DNA of 64,000 nucleotides from Candidatus Sumerlaeota bacterium. Lineage in GTDB: Bacteria > Sumerlaeota > Sumerlaeia > JAFGJS01. The stretch is from positions 5,895-69,894 of the forward strand of contig JAFGJS010000037.1 in assembly GCA_016928995.1 (NCBI GenBank), read 5' to 3'. Positions 59,396 to 64,000 of the stretch are shown here, in pieces. Under the pieces are notes generated by a model. The model was given only the letters and a program-made list of their open reading frames with translations, was not told the origin of the DNA and did not search any database. The position numbers and the translations under genes were made by a program. Positions within the stretch are counted from its first letter, which is position 1. Every line of letters starts with the position of its first letter.

Positions 59396-60940
59396 TTATT
59401 GTTCGTATTGGGATCCGGCATTGGCATTTGTATTCGCCGTGCCCGGCTCCCATGAGGAAGCTTGACCTGGGATGAGTTTTTTATATGAAACGATGGCTTC
59501 GCTCAACTGACTTCCCTTCACCTGGATTGGCGACTTGATCAGTTCGGGAACCTGCAGCACCCAGACTAACTTGTCATAGTATGCCGGATCCTTTTGAGGC
59601 AGCACAAAGGGTTTGTGCGCCTCGCCGGTCTCGTCTACATAACTGATAAAGGGCCGGGAAAAACGGCCATCGATGCGACGGCTGCTGAACACGATCCAGC
59701 GGCTGTTGCTGCTCCAGCTGTGCCATGATTCGTTTTGTTCGCTGCTGATGGACAGCCTGCGATGCTCGCCGTTGGACAAATCCAGCATATGCAAATCGGA
59801 TTTGAGCTTATCCACGGGAAAATCGCTATGATCCGCAACGTTGAATAAAAGAAACCGGCCGTCGGGCGAGAAGCGCGGCTGGTTGATGCTGCCGTTCACT
59901 TCCTTTGCGGTCAGGACGGTCTCCAGTTCACCCCACTCTCCGCTTTCCATGTCGTAGCGGATTCGCATCAAATCGCATCGCACCTGGTGATAGAGTTCCT
60001 CAGGCAGTTGCGGCGCGCTGCAGAAATACAGGTATCGCCCATCGCGGGACCACTCTGGAAAAGTCTCCATGCGTTTCGGATTGCTGATCTTGCTATTGCT
60101 GATAACCTCTCCGGTTTCCACGCGATACAGATCCAGATCGCTGGCGTGGTCGAACACGTCGCGCACTTCCTCGGCGTTCGTATGGATCAGCATTTGGAAT
60201 TTATTGTCGCTGATGGCAAGCAGCTTGCCGCTGGGATGCCAAGCGACGAAGTTGACTTTGCCGGACGTCTGATCGGACTTCACACGTTTGGGCATGACTT
60301 CATCATTTTCGACCAGCAGCATCGGCGTGCCATATGCGCCGGATCTTGTCTGCAGCACCATATGATTCGGATCGTTGTTGAGGAAAGTATGACAATTCAC
60401 GCATCCGTAGCCGAACGACCGGTTGTGCAACACCACCGATTCATCGTAGTTTTCCAGATTCCGTTGATAAATGCCCAGATTTCTCCAGATGAGGCAAAGT
60501 TGGATTCGCCGGTACGCCAGGTAAGGATCAATCTCCTCCTGCGTGATGGAATTCTCGATCGGCTCGAACCGGCTCCAGTTGTTTTCGCGGTCTTTCACAG
60601 ATACTTCAAAATAAAGTTTCCGCCCGCGGTTGGAGTCCAGCAGTTTTTTCCAACGATCCACCGGGATTTCAATATCTGGCTTTCGACTGTGAATCTCGAT
60701 AGGATCGCCGTCTTTGGAGTAAATTTTCACATAATGACCGGCGCCGTTCTCTTCGATGAGAAAATTCAAGGGGGCGATATTCGGAGGGATGACGACGCCG
60801 CAATAGTCCGGACGGATTTTCGCGGGACGGTCGACAGAGCGGGATGCACCGACGGCGGCCTGCTTGCCGCACTGGACAAAAACCAACGCGCAAACTGACA
60901 ATGCCGCAAACGTCAATGTCAATGATATCCTCGTTTTCAT
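59396..60940 (-). CDS. TolB/PD40-like beta-propeller putative lipoprotein with CxxCH (copy B)
   Basis: Paralog of 55498-57039 with long identical stretches; CVNCH. Confidence 0.85.
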   Translation of the reverse strand: MKTRISLTLTFAALSVCALVFVQCGKQAAVGASRSVDRPAKIRPDYCGVVIPPNIAPLNFLIEENGAGHYVKIYSKDGDPIEIHSRKPDIEIPVDRWKKLLDSNRGRKLYFEVSVKDRENNWSRFEPIENSITQEEIDPYLAYRRIQLCLIWRNLGIYQRNLENYDESVVLHNRSFGYGCVNCHTFLNNDPNHMVLQTRSGAYGTPMLLVENDEVMPKRVKSDQTSGKVNFVAWHPSGKLLAISDNKFQMLIHTNAEEVRDVFDHASDLDLYRVETGEVISNSKISNPKRMETFPEWSRDGRYLYFCSAPQLPEELYHQVRCDLMRIRYDMESGEWGELETVLTAKEVNGSINQPRFSPDGRFLLFNVADHSDFPVDKLKSDLHMLDLSNGEHRRLSISSEQNESWHSWSSNSRWIVFSSRRIDGRFSRPFISYVDETGEAHKPFVLPQKDPAYYDKLVWVLQVPELIKSPIQVKGSQLSEAIVSYKKLIPGQASSWEPGTANTNANAGSQYEQ

Positions 60941-61013
60941 GGCCTTTCCCGTTGTAAATCCCTTGAGAAATTTCTAACCAGCCTGATCGGCGGCCCCGCG
61001 CCGTATTTTCAAA

Positions 61014-62984
61014 TCACCGTATCAACTGACATCCTGCAAAGCCATAGATGTTATAGAAATAATATGTGCCGCCGAATTGATCCGCCAATTCGTTCAAAGC
61101 CGCCTGTTGATCGCCATACTTACTCGATGCGCTGAGGAAAGTTTGGAATCGCTTGAGCGATTCCGGGCTGATTTCATAACCATGTAAATCCGGTTTTTCA
61201 CCCGTGGTCTGAGTATAGATGAGCAATGCTTCCTCAAGCGCTCGCGGGATTGCGGAATAATGAAATTCACTCAGACGTTCGATGTTTTGAACGATCTCCG
61301 GAACCTTTCCGCGCTGAAGATAATCGACCATTAAGTATTCAAACGCCATCCGGTTATGCTTGTTTTTGGCGAGCAACTCTTCGAGAGAACACCCATAGAT
61401 GCTGTCGTTGTCCGGCGTCAGGGAACGGACTTGTTGAATTTCCTCGTCCGCAGAAAAATCAGGATCTGCCTCGAGCCGGTCCAACAGTTTCTGCGCCTGG
61501 TCCCTGTAAAAAAAATCCTCACGCAAGGTGAGCAGGAACGTGCGCGCGGTATCCGGCCGGCGCTTGACGATATTGATCAAGGCCAGCCGCTTCAAGCCCA
61601 TTGGATGGTATTGCAGCCCCGTCAAGGCGTCCAAGGCGTAGTGTTCGGCGCCATTGACGCGCCCCAGTTCATAAAAAGTCTCGCTGAGATCCAAAAATCG
61701 AGCCCTTTTTTCCATCGCAGATAATGATCTTGATGCAGCTTCCACATTATAAAGGCACCAGCCGGTTGGTTGGGGATAGGCGAACATGTCATCAAGCAGC
61801 CGGCCGCTATGATAGAGCGCTCGATTGACATCATGGCAATAGCAGACGTTGAAGCGTTCCGCCTCGAGTTTGCGGCCTTCGCGCAGAACATCGTCCCACA
61901 TCCGCTGCTGAGAATAATAGCGAATGCGAAGATAGTGTCGTTCTTGATGATTCGTTGAAAACAGGACGGCGCTGAAAATGACAATCAGCAGGATCGCCGC
62001 AGATAACATGCCCTGCGATTGGCTTGCAATCTGGCTTGTATCGGCTTTGCTTTGCTCAATCTTGCCTTTTTTGTTTTTCCGCTCTTTCTTTTTTTGGGCT
62101 TTGCCCTTATTGGCCTTGAAACGTCTGAATCGATCCTGGAGCTTGTCGCCGTTATAGCGCCAATACACGCAAGCCAATCCAGCGATCGGAAAAAAAACAT
62201 AGAGAAAATAATAGAGCACGGGTCCATGAAAATAAACGGTTAATGGATCGTACGGCACGATTGCCGGATCATTGGGCAGGATGCAAAGATATGCTTCGGC
62301 GGCATTGATGTCGAACAGCAGCGCGCTAATCGCGAGGGGGATCAGCGCCGCTGAGGCCAGCGTCCCAAGACCAACAAGCCAAGCTCGTTTGATCAGCGAT
62401 TCATACAGCGCGCAAAGCATCACGAACGGCAGATATGCGAATACCGCCGCGTAGTAGATCGCGACGGAAAAAATTAAAAACAGAACGAAGCGAAGCGTGC
62501 CACGCCGCATGCATGCGCGAGTATAAAGGTAAAACAGCAGCAGACCAAGCGCGAGCGATATATTCTCCATCAGGTAGTGATGGTAGCGGCTGTATTGCAG
62601 CAGGACCACAATCGCCGGAATGAAGCGAAACGCCCGCAGCCGACCGCCGCTTATCGCATCCAGGCATTGGCCGGTTCCCCAACTCAGCAGTCCGGCGGCG
62701 GCGGTGATGATCAGCGCTCCCGCCCATGAATAGTGGAAACAATAGAGCAGCACACCCGCTGCACACACTGCGGTTTTGCCGGGAAAATCCGGCATTTCCA
62801 CAAATCCTCCCGAGCCCGGAACGTAAGGCGGCAGACGCCAAAAGCTAGGAAGACTGAAGTGAATCAGCCTTGGATCGAGATAGAGGAAGATATAAAGAAA
62901 AAACAGGAGATAAAAAAACAGGCTAAAAAAAAACGCCTCGCGCCTCCCGCCGTTCGCTGCATCTGAATGCGGCGCGTCAACCAT
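61014..62984 (-). CDS. DUF6057-like membrane protein (copy B)
   Basis: Paralog of 57165-59135; same MVDAP start, NRMAFEYLM, TYYFY. Confidence 0.75.
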   Translation of the reverse strand: MVDAPHSDAANGGRREAFFFSLFFYLLFFLYIFLYLDPRLIHFSLPSFWRLPPYVPGSGGFVEMPDFPGKTAVCAAGVLLYCFHYSWAGALIITAAAGLLSWGTGQCLDAISGGRLRAFRFIPAIVVLLQYSRYHHYLMENISLALGLLLFYLYTRACMRRGTLRFVLFLIFSVAIYYAAVFAYLPFVMLCALYESLIKRAWLVGLGTLASAALIPLAISALLFDINAAEAYLCILPNDPAIVPYDPLTVYFHGPVLYYFLYVFFPIAGLACVYWRYNGDKLQDRFRRFKANKGKAQKKKERKNKKGKIEQSKADTSQIASQSQGMLSAAILLIVIFSAVLFSTNHQERHYLRIRYYSQQRMWDDVLREGRKLEAERFNVCYCHDVNRALYHSGRLLDDMFAYPQPTGWCLYNVEAASRSLSAMEKRARFLDLSETFYELGRVNGAEHYALDALTGLQYHPMGLKRLALINIVKRRPDTARTFLLTLREDFFYRDQAQKLLDRLEADPDFSADEEIQQVRSLTPDNDSIYGCSLEELLAKNKHNRMAFEYLMVDYLQRGKVPEIVQNIERLSEFHYSAIPRALEEALLIYTQTTGEKPDLHGYEISPESLKRFQTFLSASSKYGDQQAALNELADQFGGTYYFYNIYGFAGCQLIR

Positions 62985-63209
62985 CGTCCGCTGCTCCCGC
63001 GGTGTTTTTGCAGAATTGAAAATCCAATAGCAACAAGCCATGCCTGCAATCCGCGCGAAAGTCAAGCGCTATGCCGGGAACGGCCGGTTAACCGTTACAT
63101 TGTATACAGGATCGCGCTTGATCTGCAATCAGTTGACGACGCGGCATCAGATCCAGATCTGCCTTGTGGCGAATCCGAGTTGCGTTTTGCGCGGCGACTT
63201 TCTTCACGC

Positions 63210-64000
63210 TCATTCAAGCCGTTTCCGGTAATACTCCTGAACGATAAAGAAGGCCTGCTTGCGTTCGCCGCGCTCGGAGACGAGGCCCTTGCGATTCCAG
63301 CCGTCCTGGATGCCGGGCAACATGCGCAGCGGCGTGCGGAAGTCGACCAGAACCCAGGGCGCACAGCCGCGGAAATTGGCGATCCGCTCCAGCATGGGAA
63401 ACGACTCACGATAGACCCACGCCTGGAACTCCTCCGTCCAACGCGTCTCTTTGTCCCCGTGAAAACCAAACAGCGCGCCGGCGCCAAACTCGCTGATGAT
63501 CAGCGGCTTGTCGAAGCGCACTTCGTAATCGCTGGTCTTGCATGCATCGGGCAGGCCGTCGTACCAGCCGATATATTGATTGAGCGCAATCACATCCAGC
63601 TGCTCTCCGAGAGCGTCGCTGATGACCTTCTTGCCTGTGCCTTCGATCTTGTCCGGTTGCAGCGCCGCGCTGACCAGCCGCGTGTCATCGAGGCTCCGCA
63701 CATGATCGGCCATCGCCTTCAGGAATTTATTGCGCGGCTCCGTCCTTCCCGTTTCGTTGCAGATCGACCAGATGATCACGGCGGCGCGGTTGCGGTCGCG
63801 GTTGATCATCTCGCCCATCTGGCGTTTGGCGTTTTCCAGGACTTGGTCGTCGCCCCAATGGATGCCCCAGTAAAGCGGCAATTCCCCCCACAACAGGATT
63901 CCCCACTCATCGGCGAGCCGGATGATGTTTTCATTATGCGGATAGTGCGCCAGCCGGACGAAGTTGCAATTCAATTCCTTGGCGTAACCCAGAAATCGCT
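63210..64000 (-). CDS. Glycoside hydrolase family 2, beta-glucuronidase-like (5'-truncated)
   Basis: NFVRLAHYPH, WSICNE (acid/base), ISEFGA (nucleophile), NRKG (NxK motif of GUS enzymes); frame open to the window end. Confidence 0.9.
   Translation of the reverse strand, partial: RFLGYAKELNCNFVRLAHYPHNENIIRLADEWGILLWGELPLYWGIHWGDDQVLENAKRQMGEMINRDRNRAAVIIWSICNETGRTEPRNKFLKAMADHVRSLDDTRLVSAALQPDKIEGTGKKVISDALGEQLDVIALNQYIGWYDGLPDACKTSDYEVRFDKPLIISEFGAGALFGFHGDKETRWTEEFQAWVYRESFPMLERIANFRGCAPWVLVDFRTPLRMLPGIQDGWNRKGLVSERGERKQAFFIVQEYYRKRLE

Overview
GC-rich bacterial chromosome segment, mostly housekeeping genes. Lineage cannot be established from sequence alone; a diderm of a poorly studied phylum such as Sumerlaeota/BRC1 is only a guess. 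Core clusters: str operon (rpsL-rpsG-fusA, no tuf), prs, htpX-dprA-like, ppiD-like, rpsB-tsf-pyrH-frr-uppS-cdsA-dxr, sod, rodA, waaF, htrA, rpmH (missed by the ORF track)-rnpA-yidD-yidC-jag, trmB, a wzt/glycosyltransferase cluster, avtA, an NtrC-type regulator and tRNA-Gly(TCC). The window ends in a tandem duplication of a DUF6057-like membrane protein plus CxxCH/beta-propeller lipoprotein pair, downstream of a GH2 beta-glucuronidase. No integrase, transposase, prophage, CRISPR array or rRNA was seen. Best candidates for new biology: (1) a two-component system whose response regulator has an intact receiver domain fused to a HEPN-like domain with an R-N-x3-H motif, i.e. a possible phosphorylation-gated RNase; (2) dispersed short tandem-repeat and hairpin elements (6-, 7-, 8- and 9-mer units plus REP/REPIN-like elements) in spacers of conserved operons, one copy lying in frame inside a CDS; (3) a lipoprotein downstream of rodA with both a lipid anchor and a C-terminal TM helix; (4) the duplicated CxxCH-propeller/DUF6057 module; (5) a J-like protein lacking HPD. 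Family assignments come from motif recognition by eye, not from database searches.
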